DNA of 51,888 bases from Candidatus Igneacidithiobacillus chanchocoensis (GTDB taxonomy: Bacteria > Pseudomonadota > Gammaproteobacteria > Acidithiobacillales > Acidithiobacillaceae). The position numbers and the translations under genes were made by a program. Under the pieces are notes generated by a model. That model made no database searches. It had not been told where the DNA came from and was given only the letters and a program-made list of their open reading frames with translations. The stretch spans positions 1 to 51,888 of the forward strand of contig JAWNZB010000001.1 in the NCBI GenBank assembly GCA_038447835.1, in the 5' to 3' direction. Shown here one piece after another: positions 10,086-20,366 of the stretch (position 1 is its first letter; the number at the start of each line of letters is the position of its first letter).

Positions 10086-11431
10086 AAGCGCAAGACTGGA
10101 AAGGCAAAAAGGTGGCGATCGCCGGGGCGGGCAAGACCGGAGAATCCCTGTTGCGCTTTGCCGAGGAGCGGGGGGCGCGTTGCACCCTCTGGGACACCCG
10201 CTGCCTCGACAAAGCCGACTGGCGGCGGCGTTATCCGGAGCTACCCCTACACTTTGGCAAGAGTTTTCCGGAAGATGCCTTCCTTGACCAAGACCTGGTC
10301 CTCTGCAGCCCCGGCCTCTCGCCCTTGCAGCCGGCTCTGGCGGCAGCGCACCGGGCGGGCATCCCCCTCTGGGGCGACATCGAGCTCTTTGCCCAAGTCG
10401 CTCGCGCCCCTGTGCTCGCCATTACCGGCAGCAATGGCAAGAGCACCGTCACCACCCTAGTGGGCGAAATGGCCTGCGCCGCCGGCCTGCGGGTAGCCAT
10501 AGGCGGCAATCTTGGTACGCCGGCCCTGGAGCTCCTGCCCGAAGGCGACGAGCCCGAGCTCTATGTATTGGAGCTGTCGAGCTTTCAACTGACCTATTGC
10601 GAGAGCCTGCGACCGCGGGCGGCGGCCATCCTCAACATCAGCCCCGACCACCTCGATTGGCACGGCGACCTCGCCGATTATATTGCTGCCAAATGGCGGA
10701 TCGCCCGCAACATGGGTGCCGGCGACACCCTCGTCTTACCGACTGCCGACCCTGCCTTACGGGATCAGCCGGCGCTGGCTTCTGATCTACGCATACAGCG
10801 CTTTGTCGACGGCGGCGCTGGGCAGATTGCCGATGACTGGCTGCTGCTGCACGGTGAGCGCCTGCTGCCGATTACCGAATTGCGCATCGCTGGTCGCCAT
10901 AATCAGGAGAATGCCTTGGCAGCGGCCTTGCTTGCCGCGGCAGCGGGCATTCCGCGCGCCGCCATCGTCAGCGTATTGCGCAGCTTTGCCGGGCTACCGC
11001 ACCGTTTGCAGTGGGTGGCTCGAAAAGGCGGGGTGGACTACTACGATGATTCCAAGGGCACCAACCTGGGGGCGAGTTTGCGCGCCATCGAGGCCTTGCC
11101 CAAACCCCTGGTGCTGATTTTGGGCGGCGATGCCAAGGGAGCGGACCTGCGACCCTTGGCGGCGGCCTGTAGTGGGCAACGCGGGGCGGTACTGCTCGGC
11201 AAAGCCGAGGATACCTTGGCGGAGATCCTTACGGGCGTGCTGCCGATTCGCCGTACCGGAACTGCGGGAATGCAGGAGTGTGTGCGCCAGGCCGCCGCCA
11301 TCTCCCAACCCGGAGACCGGGTCTTGTTGTCACCGGCTTGCGCCAGCCTCGATATGTTTACCGATTATCAGGATCGCGGTCGGCAATTTGCCGCTGCCGT
11401 GCATGCCTTGGAAGGAGACGGCAATGCGTAA
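10082..11431 (+). CDS. murD: UDP-MurNAc-L-Ala:D-Glu ligase
   Basis: [32 protein letters not shown]. Confidence 0.96.
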   Translation: MKAQDWKGKKVAIAGAGKTGESLLRFAEERGARCTLWDTRCLDKADWRRRYPELPLHFGKSFPEDAFLDQDLVLCSPGLSPLQPALAAAHRAGIPLWGDIELFAQVARAPVLAITGSNGKSTVTTLVGEMACAAGLRVAIGGNLGTPALELLPEGDEPELYVLELSSFQLTYCESLRPRAAAILNISPDHLDWHGDLADYIAAKWRIARNMGAGDTLVLPTADPALRDQPALASDLRIQRFVDGGAGQIADDWLLLHGERLLPITELRIAGRHNQENALAAALLAAAAGIPRAAIVSVLRSFAGLPHRLQWVARKGGVDYYDDSKGTNLGASLRAIEALPKPLVLILGGDAKGADLRPLAAACSGQRGAVLLGKAEDTLAEILTGVLPIRRTGTAGMQECVRQAAAISQPGDRVLLSPACASLDMFTDYQDRGRQFAAAVHALEGDGNA

Positions 11432-12593
11432 GCCGAGCTGGTGGCTGGCAGAAAACGGCGGTGCAGACACGGTACTCTGGTGGGTGCTCATTATCCTCAT
11501 CTGCTTTGGCTTGGTGATGGTCTATTCGGCGAGCACGCCGGTCGCCCAGCAGGAAACCGGCAACCCCTTTTTCTTTGCCGAGCGCCAGCTTCTCTTTGGC
11601 ATCCTCGGACTTGGCGTGCTCTATTATTTCAGTCGCATCGAGCTGGAATTTTGGGAGCGCATGACTTTTCCGCTGATGGGTATTTCCCTGATCGCCTTGC
11701 TGCTGGTCTTTTTGCCCTTTATTGGCGTGTCGGTGAATGGCTCTCATCGCTGGATCAATTTGCTGATCATTCGCCTGCAGCCATCGGAATTGCTGAAGTT
11801 TGCCCTGCTGCTCTTCATGGCCCGCTATGTGGTGCGCAAGGGCGAGCTACTCGGCAATTTTAAGGAAGGGCTGTGGCCAATCTTTATCCTGCTCTTTGTA
11901 CTGGGCCTCTTGCTCTTGCTGCAGCCAGATTTTGGCTCCTTTTTCATGGTGGTGCTGATCACCGGTATCCTGCTCTTCCTTGGTGGGCTACCCATGCGCT
12001 ACGTGCTCTTTACAGGCATCGCCGCCGGTTCTGCCTTGGGGATACTGGCGGTGTCTGCCCCCTATCGGCTGGCGCGCATCACCTCGTTTTCCAACCCCTT
12101 CGCCGATCCCTATGGGGCGGGCTTTCAGCTCGTGCAGTCGCTGATTGCCTTTGGCCGCGGCGGGATTTTTGGCGTCGGCCTCGGTAACGGCATCATGAAG
12201 TACTTCTACCTGCCGGAGTCGTACACCGACTTCATCCTGGCGGTGATTGGCGAGGAGCTCGGCATGATTGGCGTCTGGGCCCTGATCTTTCTCTACGCCA
12301 TTGCCAGCTGGCGGATCTACCGCATTGGCCGCCGCGCCGCCGCCGCCGGTGACGCCTTCTTTGCCCTCTTCTGCTACGGAACCCTAATTTGGTTTGGCGG
12401 TGCGGCGGTGATGTCCATGGGGGTCAACCTCGGCGCCCTGCCCACCAAGGGTTTTGCCCTGCCCCTGATCAGCTACGGCGGCAGCGCCCTGGTCTTTCTC
12501 TGTGCCACCTTGGGGGTGGTGTTAGCGGTAAGCCGTCGCTATGGCCCTGCCAGTAAGCCAGTATCTGCATCCTTGGAGGAAGCCCATGGCTAG
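11424..12593 (+). CDS. ftsW: SEDS peptidoglycan polymerase FtsW
   Basis: Multi-TM; QPSE, QPDFG, LPESYTDFI, ISYGGS. Confidence 0.96.
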   Translation: MRKPSWWLAENGGADTVLWWVLIILICFGLVMVYSASTPVAQQETGNPFFFAERQLLFGILGLGVLYYFSRIELEFWERMTFPLMGISLIALLLVFLPFIGVSVNGSHRWINLLIIRLQPSELLKFALLLFMARYVVRKGELLGNFKEGLWPIFILLFVLGLLLLLQPDFGSFFMVVLITGILLFLGGLPMRYVLFTGIAAGSALGILAVSAPYRLARITSFSNPFADPYGAGFQLVQSLIAFGRGGIFGVGLGNGIMKYFYLPESYTDFILAVIGEELGMIGVWALIFLYAIASWRIYRIGRRAAAAGDAFFALFCYGTLIWFGGAAVMSMGVNLGALPTKGFALPLISYGGSALVFLCATLGVVLAVSRRYGPASKPVSASLEEAHG

Positions 12594-13662
12594 GGGCGTG
12601 CTGATCGCGGCCGGCGGCACCGGCGGGCACATCTTCCCGGCATTGGCCGTGGCGGGGGAGCTACGAGCGCGCGGCGTTCGCGTGGATTGGATCGGCACCG
12701 CCCAGGGCATGGAGCAGCGCTTGGTGCCGGCCGCAGGTTTTCCTCTCCACGCGTTGGAAATGCAGGGTCTGCGCGGCAAGGGCTGGCGCCGGTGGCTAAG
12801 CGCTCCTTGGCGTTTGGCGCGCGCCGTACTGCAGGCACGGCGTATTCTGCGTAGCTGCGGTGCCGAGGCAGTGCTGGGCATGGGCGGCTATGTTTCGGCA
12901 CCAGCCGGGCTTGCCGCCTGGAGCTTGGGCCGGCGCCTGTGTTTACATGAGCAGAATGCCATCCCCGGTCTTGCCAACCGCCTGCTGGCGCCCTTGGCCA
13001 AGGCCGTTTTTACCGGCTTTCCCGACATCGGCCTGCCTAAGGCGCAGTGGGTGGGAAACCCGGTACGGGCAGCAATCGCCGAGCTTCCAGCACCAGCACA
13101 ACGCTTTGCGGAGCGCGCCGAGGGGCCTGCCCGTCTCTTGATCATGGGGGGGAGTCAGGGCGCGCAGGTGATCAATACCCTGGTAGTCGCGGCGGTGGCC
13201 GCCCTACCAACGGCGGCGCGGCCGGAGATCTGGCACCAATGCGGCAGCGCCCACCTGGAGAAGACCCAAGCTGCCTATGCCGCCGCCGGAGTCGAGGCGC
13301 GGGTCGAGGCCTTCATTGACGATATGGCGGCGGCCCTGGCCTGGGCGGATCTCGCTATTTGCCGCGCCGGCGCCGCCACGGTGGCAGAGCTCTGTGCCGC
13401 CGGGCTTGGCAGTCTGCTCATTCCCTTTCCCTTTGCCGTCGACGACCACCAAGCCGCCAATGCCCGCTTTGTGGAGGATGCCGGCGCCGGGCGCATGCTC
13501 CGCCAGGAAGGCCTGGAGGCAACCCAGTTGACCGAGATACTGCTTTCCCTCTTGGCAGACCGTGGCCTGCAGTTGCGCTGGGCAGAGGCTGCCCGTCGGC
13601 AGGCGCGCACCGATGCCGCTCAGGTAGTCGCCAGCGCTTGCCAAGGAGAGGCCCATGCGTAA
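12586..13662 (+). CDS. murG: Lipid II GlcNAc transferase
   Basis: GGTGGHIFP, HEQN, GNPVR, GGSQGA, DDHQ. Confidence 0.96.
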   Translation: MARGVLIAAGGTGGHIFPALAVAGELRARGVRVDWIGTAQGMEQRLVPAAGFPLHALEMQGLRGKGWRRWLSAPWRLARAVLQARRILRSCGAEAVLGMGGYVSAPAGLAAWSLGRRLCLHEQNAIPGLANRLLAPLAKAVFTGFPDIGLPKAQWVGNPVRAAIAELPAPAQRFAERAEGPARLLIMGGSQGAQVINTLVVAAVAALPTAARPEIWHQCGSAHLEKTQAAYAAAGVEARVEAFIDDMAAALAWADLAICRAGAATVAELCAAGLGSLLIPFPFAVDDHQAANARFVEDAGAGRMLRQEGLEATQLTEILLSLLADRGLQLRWAEAARRQARTDAAQVVASACQGEAHA

Positions 13663-15052
13663 CTGGGTACGGCAAATTCATCTGGTGGGTATTGGCGGCG
13701 CCGGTATGCGCGGCATTGCTGAGGTCCTGCTCAATCTTGGCTATGCCGTTTCTGGCTCGGATCTACGGCCCGGACCGGCAACTTTGCGCTTGAGCGATTT
13801 GGGCGCAAGCATTTTCCACGGCCACGAGGCTGCCAACGTGCGCGGCGCCGATGTGGTGGTGGTCTCTTCTGCCATTGCTGCCGACAACCCAGAAATCATC
13901 GCCGCGCGGGAGCAGCGTATCCCGGTCGTCCGCCGCGCCGAGATGCTTGCTGAGCTGATGCGCTTCAAGCAGGGGATTGCGATTGCCGGCACCCATGGCA
14001 AAACCACGACCACGAGCCTGGTCGCCAGCATTCTCGCTACTGCCGGGCTCGATCCCACCTTCGTCATTGGCGGCCGCCTGAAAAGCGCTGGCACCCATGC
14101 TGCCCTCGGCAGCGGCGAGTACCTGGTCGCCGAGGCGGATGAATCCGATGCCTCCTTTTTGTATCTGTCGCCGGTCATGGCGGTGGTCACTAATATCGAT
14201 GCCGACCACATGGAAACCTACGGCAATACCATGAGCGAGCTGCGCGGCGCTTTCCTGCAGTTTCTGCAGCGCTTGCCCTTTTATGGCTTGGCGGTGCTCT
14301 GCACCGATGAGCCGATGGTGCGCGGTCTCCTACCGGAATTACGCACGCCGGTGCTCGGCTATGGGCTGCAAGACGACAGCGACCTGCAGGCGCGCAATAT
14401 CCGCTACCAGGGCATGGGCAGCACTGCCGAAATTTGGCGCCGCATCGATGGCCAGGCGGTGCGCTGGTTCGATCTGCAGCTCAACATCCCAGGCGAGCAC
14501 AATGTGCTGAATGCCCTCGCCGCGATTGGCATTGCCAGCAAGGTTGGCGTCGACCGGGAAGTCATCGCTCGTGCCCTGGCGGAGTTCCATGGGGTGGCAC
14601 GGCGCTTTGAGGTAGTCGGCGAGTGGCAGGGTCATACCATCGTCGACGACTACGGTCACCACCCGCGGGAACTCGCTGCCACCATCGCTGCGGCGCGCGG
14701 TATTTGGCCCCAGCGCCCCCTGGCCTTGCTTTTTCAGCCGCATCGCTTTACCCGTACCCACGATCTCTTCGACGATTTCGTTGCCGTGCTCGCGCAGGCC
14801 GATCGCAGCATCCTTTTGGATGTGTACGCCGCTGGCGAAGCCCCGATTCCTGGCGCCGATAGCGAATCTCTCTGCCGCCGTCTGCAGGAGAGTGGTGCCG
14901 ATGCCCAGTATCGCCCGGAATTATTGCAGAAGCCCTGGGGTATCCGCGCGGAATTACCCGCCAATGCCGTGCTCCTCTGTATGGGAGCAGGCAACATCGC
15001 CCAGCTCGCCGGGCAGTGGGAAGACGTGTTCGGCGCAGGAGGCGACCGATGA
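13655..15052 (+). CDS. murC: UDP-MurNAc:L-Ala ligase
   Basis: GIGGAGM, GTHGKTTT, EADESD, DDYGHHP. Confidence 0.97.
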   Translation: MRNWVRQIHLVGIGGAGMRGIAEVLLNLGYAVSGSDLRPGPATLRLSDLGASIFHGHEAANVRGADVVVVSSAIAADNPEIIAAREQRIPVVRRAEMLAELMRFKQGIAIAGTHGKTTTTSLVASILATAGLDPTFVIGGRLKSAGTHAALGSGEYLVAEADESDASFLYLSPVMAVVTNIDADHMETYGNTMSELRGAFLQFLQRLPFYGLAVLCTDEPMVRGLLPELRTPVLGYGLQDDSDLQARNIRYQGMGSTAEIWRRIDGQAVRWFDLQLNIPGEHNVLNALAAIGIASKVGVDREVIARALAEFHGVARRFEVVGEWQGHTIVDDYGHHPRELAATIAAARGIWPQRPLALLFQPHRFTRTHDLFDDFVAVLAQADRSILLDVYAAGEAPIPGADSESLCRRLQESGADAQYRPELLQKPWGIRAELPANAVLLCMGAGNIAQLAGQWEDVFGAGGDR

Positions 15053-15927
15053 TTGGCGGACGCCTGCGCTTGGGAGAACCCTTGGCCCGGCACAGCAGTT
15101 GGCGCATCGGCGGGCCCGCGGAGCGTTTCTATCTGCCGGCAACGATCGCCGATCTGCAGGGCTTTCTGCGGCAGTTTGCCACCGCACCGATCACCTGGCT
15201 GGGGCTCGGCAGCAATGTGCTGCTACGCGACGGCGGTCTACGCGGCACGGTCGTTTGTCTGGCCCATGGCCTCGACACCCTGACCCTGGGAGCAGAGGGG
15301 GAGATCGTTGCCGAGGCCGGGATCTCGGCGGTCAAGCTCGCCCATTTTGCGGCCCGCAATGGCCTTGCGGGGGCGGAGTTTTTGGCAGGCATTCCGGGCA
15401 CCTTGGGTGGATGCCTGGCCATGAATGCCGGTGCCCATGGTGGCGAGACTTGGTCGTTGGTGGAGTGGGTGGAACTCCTGCATCCCAATGGCGACATCGA
15501 GCGTCGACCCAAATCCGCCTTTGCTATCGGCTATCGCTCGGCACGCGGCCACGGTGATGCCTGCTTTTTGCGCGCCGGCCTACGCCTGCCGGCGGGAGAA
15601 CCGGAGGCACTACGCGCACAGCTACGCGCCTGGCAAAACCAACGCGCCGCCACCCAGCCCCTGGCCTGGCCGAGTTGCGGATCGGTCTTTCGCAATCCAG
15701 CTGGCGACTTTGCCGCACGGCTGATCGAAGCGGCGGGATTGAAGGGCCGGCGCATCGGCGATGCCGAAGTGAGCGAACAGCATGCCAATTTCATCATCAA
15801 TCGTGGCCAGGCGAGTTCGCGGGCGGTAGAGGCCCTGGTGATGGAGGTGCAGGAAACGGTGCGCAACCGCTTTGGCGTGCTGCTGCAACCGGAGATGCGG
15901 GTATTGGGAGAGCATCAAGATGACTGA
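15049..15927 (+). CDS. murB: UDP-N-acetylenolpyruvoylglucosamine reductase
   Basis: RIGGPA, GLGSN, GIPGTLGG..MNAGA, GSVFRNP, HANFIIN. Confidence 0.95.
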   Translation: MIGGRLRLGEPLARHSSWRIGGPAERFYLPATIADLQGFLRQFATAPITWLGLGSNVLLRDGGLRGTVVCLAHGLDTLTLGAEGEIVAEAGISAVKLAHFAARNGLAGAEFLAGIPGTLGGCLAMNAGAHGGETWSLVEWVELLHPNGDIERRPKSAFAIGYRSARGHGDACFLRAGLRLPAGEPEALRAQLRAWQNQRAATQPLAWPSCGSVFRNPAGDFAARLIEAAGLKGRRIGDAEVSEQHANFIINRGQASSRAVEALVMEVQETVRNRFGVLLQPEMRVLGEHQDD

Positions 15928-16846
15928 ACAAATGCGGATTGCGGTGCTCTACGGTGGCCCTTCGGCGGAGCGCGAAGTCTCGCTGCAGAGCGGGGCTGCG
16001 GTGCTCCAAGCCCTTGGCGAGGCCGGCTTCGATGTTTGCGGCATCGATATCGACCCGGCGCGCTTGACGGCGCAGTTGCAGGAGCAAGGTGCGGACTTTG
16101 CCTTCAATGTCTGCCATGGCGCCTTTGGCGAGGACGGTCACTTGCAGGCGATCCTCGATGCGCTGCAGATTCCGTACACCGGCAGCGGAGTCCTCGCCAG
16201 CGCCTTGTCGATGGACAAATGGCGCTGCAAACGGCTCTGGCAGGCTGCTGGACTGCCTACCACCAAGGGCATCCTCCTGCGCCAGGAGGAGGCACTGCCG
16301 CAGGCCGTTGCCGCTTGGGGCTGGCCGCTTTTTGTCAAACCCAATTGTGGCGGCTCGAGTATTGGCGTCAGTCGGGTGACGAGCCGCGGCGAACTCGATG
16401 CCGCCTTGCAGATGGCCTTTACCTTCGACGAGGAAGTCCTGGTCGAGGCAGCGGTAACCGGCCAAGAGGTGACCGTTGGCATCATCGATGGCGAGGCCCT
16501 GCCGCCCATCGTCATCCAAGCCAGTGGCGCTTTTTACGACTACCAAGCCAAATACCTTGCCGAAGACACCCGATACCTTCTCCCCTCCGGTTTGGGGAGC
16601 GCCGTGGAATCGACGGTACAGGCCCTTGCCCTACAGGCCTTTGCGGAAATTGGCGGGCGCGGCTGGGGACGGGTGGATTTTCTTCTCGATGCCGAGGCGC
16701 GCCCGGCCCTGCTCGAGATCAATAGCGTTCCCGGCATGACCAGTCACAGCTTGGTGCCCATGGCCGCGCGCGCCATCGGTTGGAGTTTTCCGCAATTATG
16801 TCGGCGCATCGTTGGCGCCGCAGAGAGGAGCAAAAAACATGGTTAG
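15920..16846 (+). CDS. ddl: D-alanine--D-alanine ligase
   Basis: GGPSAEREVSL, HGAFGEDG, YDYQAKY, EINSVPGMT. Confidence 0.96.
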   Translation: MTEQMRIAVLYGGPSAEREVSLQSGAAVLQALGEAGFDVCGIDIDPARLTAQLQEQGADFAFNVCHGAFGEDGHLQAILDALQIPYTGSGVLASALSMDKWRCKRLWQAAGLPTTKGILLRQEEALPQAVAAWGWPLFVKPNCGGSSIGVSRVTSRGELDAALQMAFTFDEEVLVEAAVTGQEVTVGIIDGEALPPIVIQASGAFYDYQAKYLAEDTRYLLPSGLGSAVESTVQALALQAFAEIGGRGWGRVDFLLDAEARPALLEINSVPGMTSHSLVPMAARAIGWSFPQLCRRIVGAAERSKKHG

Positions 16847-17708
16847 CGCCATTCGCGATCTACAGCATCATCGCCACGAGCCAGCCGCGCGTCGTCCAGC
16901 TCCAGCAGCGAAGACAAAAGCGCAAGAAGAGGTGCGAGCAGCGTCTCCCTTTCCCTGGGCAAAGACGGCTCGCGCCACAGCCTGGGGTGCGGGCTTACTT
17001 GCCCTGGGTGTCTTGGCCTGGCAGGGCTGGCAGATTTTGCGTGCGCCCTCGCTGCTTCCCATCGATAGCGTCACGGTGCACGGGCTGGCCCCAAATATTC
17101 CGCTGTACCAGGTCAATCGCGCCATCGCTCCCTATCTCGGCCAAGGATTTCTCTGGGTCGATCTACAAGACATGCGCCACTCCCTGCAAGGCGTTCCCTG
17201 GATCGCCAATGCTGATGTCCGCCGTGTCTGGCCGGACCGCATCGAGATCGACTTGCAAGGGGTGCAGCCCGTAGCCCGCTGGCTGGGTGGTGCGGGGCAG
17301 GTGCTCGGTAAGGATGGCAAGGTCTATCAGGTGCCGCCGGCGGAGTTGCCTAGCCAGCTGCCGGCGGTCTTTGGCCCGAGCGACTCGGGCCTGCAGATTT
17401 TGCAGAAACGGCAGCAGATCGATCAGGCCCTGGCACCCGTCCATCTCCAGGTGCGGGCCCTCGAGCTCGACGAACGTGGCGGCTGGCGCTGCATTCTCAC
17501 CAATGGCGTGCGCCTCGTCCTCGGCCGCCAGGACATCCAGAGCGGGGTGCGGCGTTGGGTCTCGGTACTACCTGAAATCCAGCAATATTTGGTCCCCGGA
17601 GCCAGCATGGATTTGCGCTACAACAACGGTTTTGCAGTCGCCTTGCCCAAGGCGGCTTCCACGAGTGTCAGTGAGGGGCCGGCAGCCCCAAGGAGTGAAG
17701 GAAAATGA
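16839..17708 (+). CDS. ftsQ: Cell division protein FtsQ
   Basis: TM helix plus POTRA domain (PWI..VRRVWPD), DLRY..GFAV; between ddl and ftsA. Confidence 0.92.
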   Translation: MVSAIRDLQHHRHEPAARRPAPAAKTKAQEEVRAASPFPWAKTARATAWGAGLLALGVLAWQGWQILRAPSLLPIDSVTVHGLAPNIPLYQVNRAIAPYLGQGFLWVDLQDMRHSLQGVPWIANADVRRVWPDRIEIDLQGVQPVARWLGGAGQVLGKDGKVYQVPPAELPSQLPAVFGPSDSGLQILQKRQQIDQALAPVHLQVRALELDERGGWRCILTNGVRLVLGRQDIQSGVRRWVSVLPEIQQYLVPGASMDLRYNNGFAVALPKAASTSVSEGPAAPRSEGK

Positions 17709-18982
17709 AACGCGGCAATCAGGAACTTATCGTAGGGTTGGACATCGGCACCTCCAAGGTCGCCTGTATCGTGGCGCAAGCGCGCTCCACGGGCGAGGCG
17801 GAGATCATTGGCGTTGGTCAGCATCCCTCCCGGGGGCTGAAGAAGGGTGTGGTAGTGGATATCGAATCCACCGTCCAGGCCATCAATCGTGCCGTCCAAG
17901 AGGCAGAACTCATGGCCGGAGTGCAGATCCACGGCGCCGTGGTCGGCATCGCCGGTGGTCACATCCGCGGCTATAACAGCCATGGCATTGTCGCCATCAA
18001 AAACAAAGAGGTGAGCAATGATGACCTGGGTCGGGTCATGGATGCCGCCCGCGCCATCGTCATTCCCCAAGACCAAAACGTGCTCCATGTGCTGCCCCAA
18101 GAATTCACCATCGACAGCCAGGAGGGGGTACGCGAGCCCATCGGCATGTCGGGAGTGCGCCTAGAGGCTCAAGTACATATCGTTACCGGCTCGATCAGCG
18201 CCACGCAGAATATCGCCAAGTGCGTCGAGCGCTGCGGCCTGCAGGTGCAGGGCATGGTCCTCGAGCAACTCGCTTCGGCGGATGCGGTTCTCACCGCCGA
18301 TGAGAAGGAACTCGGGGTGTGTTTGGTGGACATCGGCGGTGGCACCACCGACATCGCCATCTTCCGCGACGGCGCGGTACGCCATACGGCGGTGATTCCC
18401 ATTGCCGGCGACCAGATCACCAACGATATTGCCCTCGGCCTGCGTACGCCGCCGATCGAGGCGGAGCAAATCAAAAAGCTGTACGGCTGCGCCCTTGGCG
18501 ATCTCATCGAGCAGGATGACGATATCCCGGTGCCCAGCGTCGGTGCCCGCCCGCCGCGGACCATTTCCCGCCGCGTTCTCAATGACATCATCGAGCCACG
18601 GGTGCGCGAACTCTTCGAGCTCATCCAGGCCGAACTGCGCCGCACTGGCTTCGAGGACCTCGTTGCCGCTGGCGTGGTGCTGACAGGCGGTTCGAGTCGC
18701 CTGCAGGGCATGGCCGAGCTGGCGGAAGAGATCCTGCATCTGCCGGTACGCACCGGCGAGCCGATGCATCTGGCCGGGATGGAAACCGTGGTGCGCGCGC
18801 CCTGGCATGCCACCGGCGTCGGACTGGTGATGTATGGCCTGCACAACGGTCTCGCTGGCCAGGCCGAGCCCGTGCAGCAGCCCCTTCCGGCCGCTAACGG
18901 ACGGCCCGAGGCACAGCGTCCGGCGGCCCTCGGCAGCGTCTTTGGCAAACTGCGTAATTGGGTCCAGACCAGTTTCGGTTGA
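17705..18982 (+). CDS. ftsA: Cell division protein FtsA
   Basis: GLDIGTSK, DIGGGTTD, VLTGG, amphipathic C-terminal helix. Confidence 0.97.
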   Translation: MKRGNQELIVGLDIGTSKVACIVAQARSTGEAEIIGVGQHPSRGLKKGVVVDIESTVQAINRAVQEAELMAGVQIHGAVVGIAGGHIRGYNSHGIVAIKNKEVSNDDLGRVMDAARAIVIPQDQNVLHVLPQEFTIDSQEGVREPIGMSGVRLEAQVHIVTGSISATQNIAKCVERCGLQVQGMVLEQLASADAVLTADEKELGVCLVDIGGGTTDIAIFRDGAVRHTAVIPIAGDQITNDIALGLRTPPIEAEQIKKLYGCALGDLIEQDDDIPVPSVGARPPRTISRRVLNDIIEPRVRELFELIQAELRRTGFEDLVAAGVVLTGGSSRLQGMAELAEEILHLPVRTGEPMHLAGMETVVRAPWHATGVGLVMYGLHNGLAGQAEPVQQPLPAANGRPEAQRPAALGSVFGKLRNWVQTSFG

Positions 18983-19014
18983 GCCACCCCCACATCTCAC
19001 GAGAGGAATCGACT

Positions 19015-20187
19015 ATGTTTGAATTGAACGAAATGGAACAGGAAGGGGCCGTCATCAAGGTCATCGGCGTGGGTGGCGGCGGCGGCAATGCCATCAACAA
19101 TATGGCGCAGACGGGTCTGGAGGGGGTGGAGTTCATCAGCGCCAATACCGACGCCCAGGCCCTGCGCAATTCCAATGCCCAACGCACCCTGCAGCTGGGT
19201 AGCGAATTGACCCGCGGCCTCGGCGCCGGGGCCAACCCGGAAATCGGCCGCAAGGCCGCCGAAGAGTGCCGCGAGGAGATTCGCGCTACCCTGGAAAACA
19301 CCGACATGCTCTTTATTACCACCGGCATGGGTGGGGGCACCGGCACGGGTGCCGCCCCAGTGGTCGCATCCATTGCCCAGGATATGGGCATTCTTACCGT
19401 TGGCGTGGTCACCAAGCCCTTCAATTTCGAAGGCAAAAAGCGCCAGCAATACGCCCTCACCGGCATCGATGAACTCGCGCAACATGTCGACTCGCTGGTC
19501 ATCATCCCCAACGAGAAGCTCCTCGCCGTGCTCGGCAAGCAAATTAGCCTGCGCGATGCCTACCTGGCCGCCGACAACGTCCTCATGGGGGCGGTGCAAG
19601 GTATTTCCGAACTCATCACCCGCCCCGGCCTGATGAACCTTGACTTTGCCGACGTCCGCACGGTGATGTCGGGAATGGGCCTGGCGATGATGGGCACGGC
19701 TGCGGCGCGCGGCGAGAGTCGTGCCCGAGACGCTGCCAATCGTGCTGCCAGCAGCCCCCTGCTCGACGACATCAATCTCTCGGGCGCCCGCGGTATTTTG
19801 GTCAACATCACCGCTGGCAACGATCTCTCCTTGGGCGAGTTTGAGGAAGTGGGCGAGCTGATTCGCAGCTATGCCTCCGACGACGCCAACGTCAAGGTGG
19901 GTACGGTGATCGACGAGAGCCTGGAAGGCGAGCTGCGGGTTACCGTGGTTGCCACCGGACTGCAGCGGGAGCCGGTGCGTCTGGCGGTCGAAAACAATCG
20001 CCTGCGGCCCGAGCTTACCACCCCAGCCAATGCCATCGACTGGCGACAGCTCGATCGCCCGGCGGCCCTGCGCCAGTCCTCGACCCGTGCGCAGGCGGTC
20101 AACGACGGCCGCACGGGGCCCGCTCGCCCGGTGGCCGATTATGCCGATCTGGACATTCCCGCCTTTTTGCGCCGCCAAGCCGACTGA
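19015..20187 (+). CDS. ftsZ: Cell division protein FtsZ
   Basis: GVGGGGGNA, GMGGGTGTG, NLDFAD, C-terminal DIPAFLRRQAD. Confidence 0.98.
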   Translation: MFELNEMEQEGAVIKVIGVGGGGGNAINNMAQTGLEGVEFISANTDAQALRNSNAQRTLQLGSELTRGLGAGANPEIGRKAAEECREEIRATLENTDMLFITTGMGGGTGTGAAPVVASIAQDMGILTVGVVTKPFNFEGKKRQQYALTGIDELAQHVDSLVIIPNEKLLAVLGKQISLRDAYLAADNVLMGAVQGISELITRPGLMNLDFADVRTVMSGMGLAMMGTAAARGESRARDAANRAASSPLLDDINLSGARGILVNITAGNDLSLGEFEEVGELIRSYASDDANVKVGTVIDESLEGELRVTVVATGLQREPVRLAVENNRLRPELTTPANAIDWRQLDRPAALRQSSTRAQAVNDGRTGPARPVADYADLDIPAFLRRQAD

Positions 20188-20206
20188 TCTCCCACTGCCG
20201 GCCGCT

Positions 20207-20232
20207 GCCCCGCTCCTCGCGGGGCTTTTTTT
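20207..20232 (+). terminator. Rho-independent terminator after ftsZ
   Basis: GCCCCGC-TCCTC-GCGGGGC followed by T7. Confidence 0.88.
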
Positions 20233-20366
20233 GGAGCTGCCGCGGTGACGATTTGCGGGCTGGGGTATTCTCTTGCCCCTACTTTGCCGTAGAATGAGAA
20301 ATAATCCTGTTTTACAGGAAAGTAGTCCCCGACGTGTTTGCGTCCCGTTTTGGAGAGAGTGGCACC

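Noticed and set aside
18997-20178. 393-aa minus-strand ORF
   Set aside because: Antisense shadow of ftsZ
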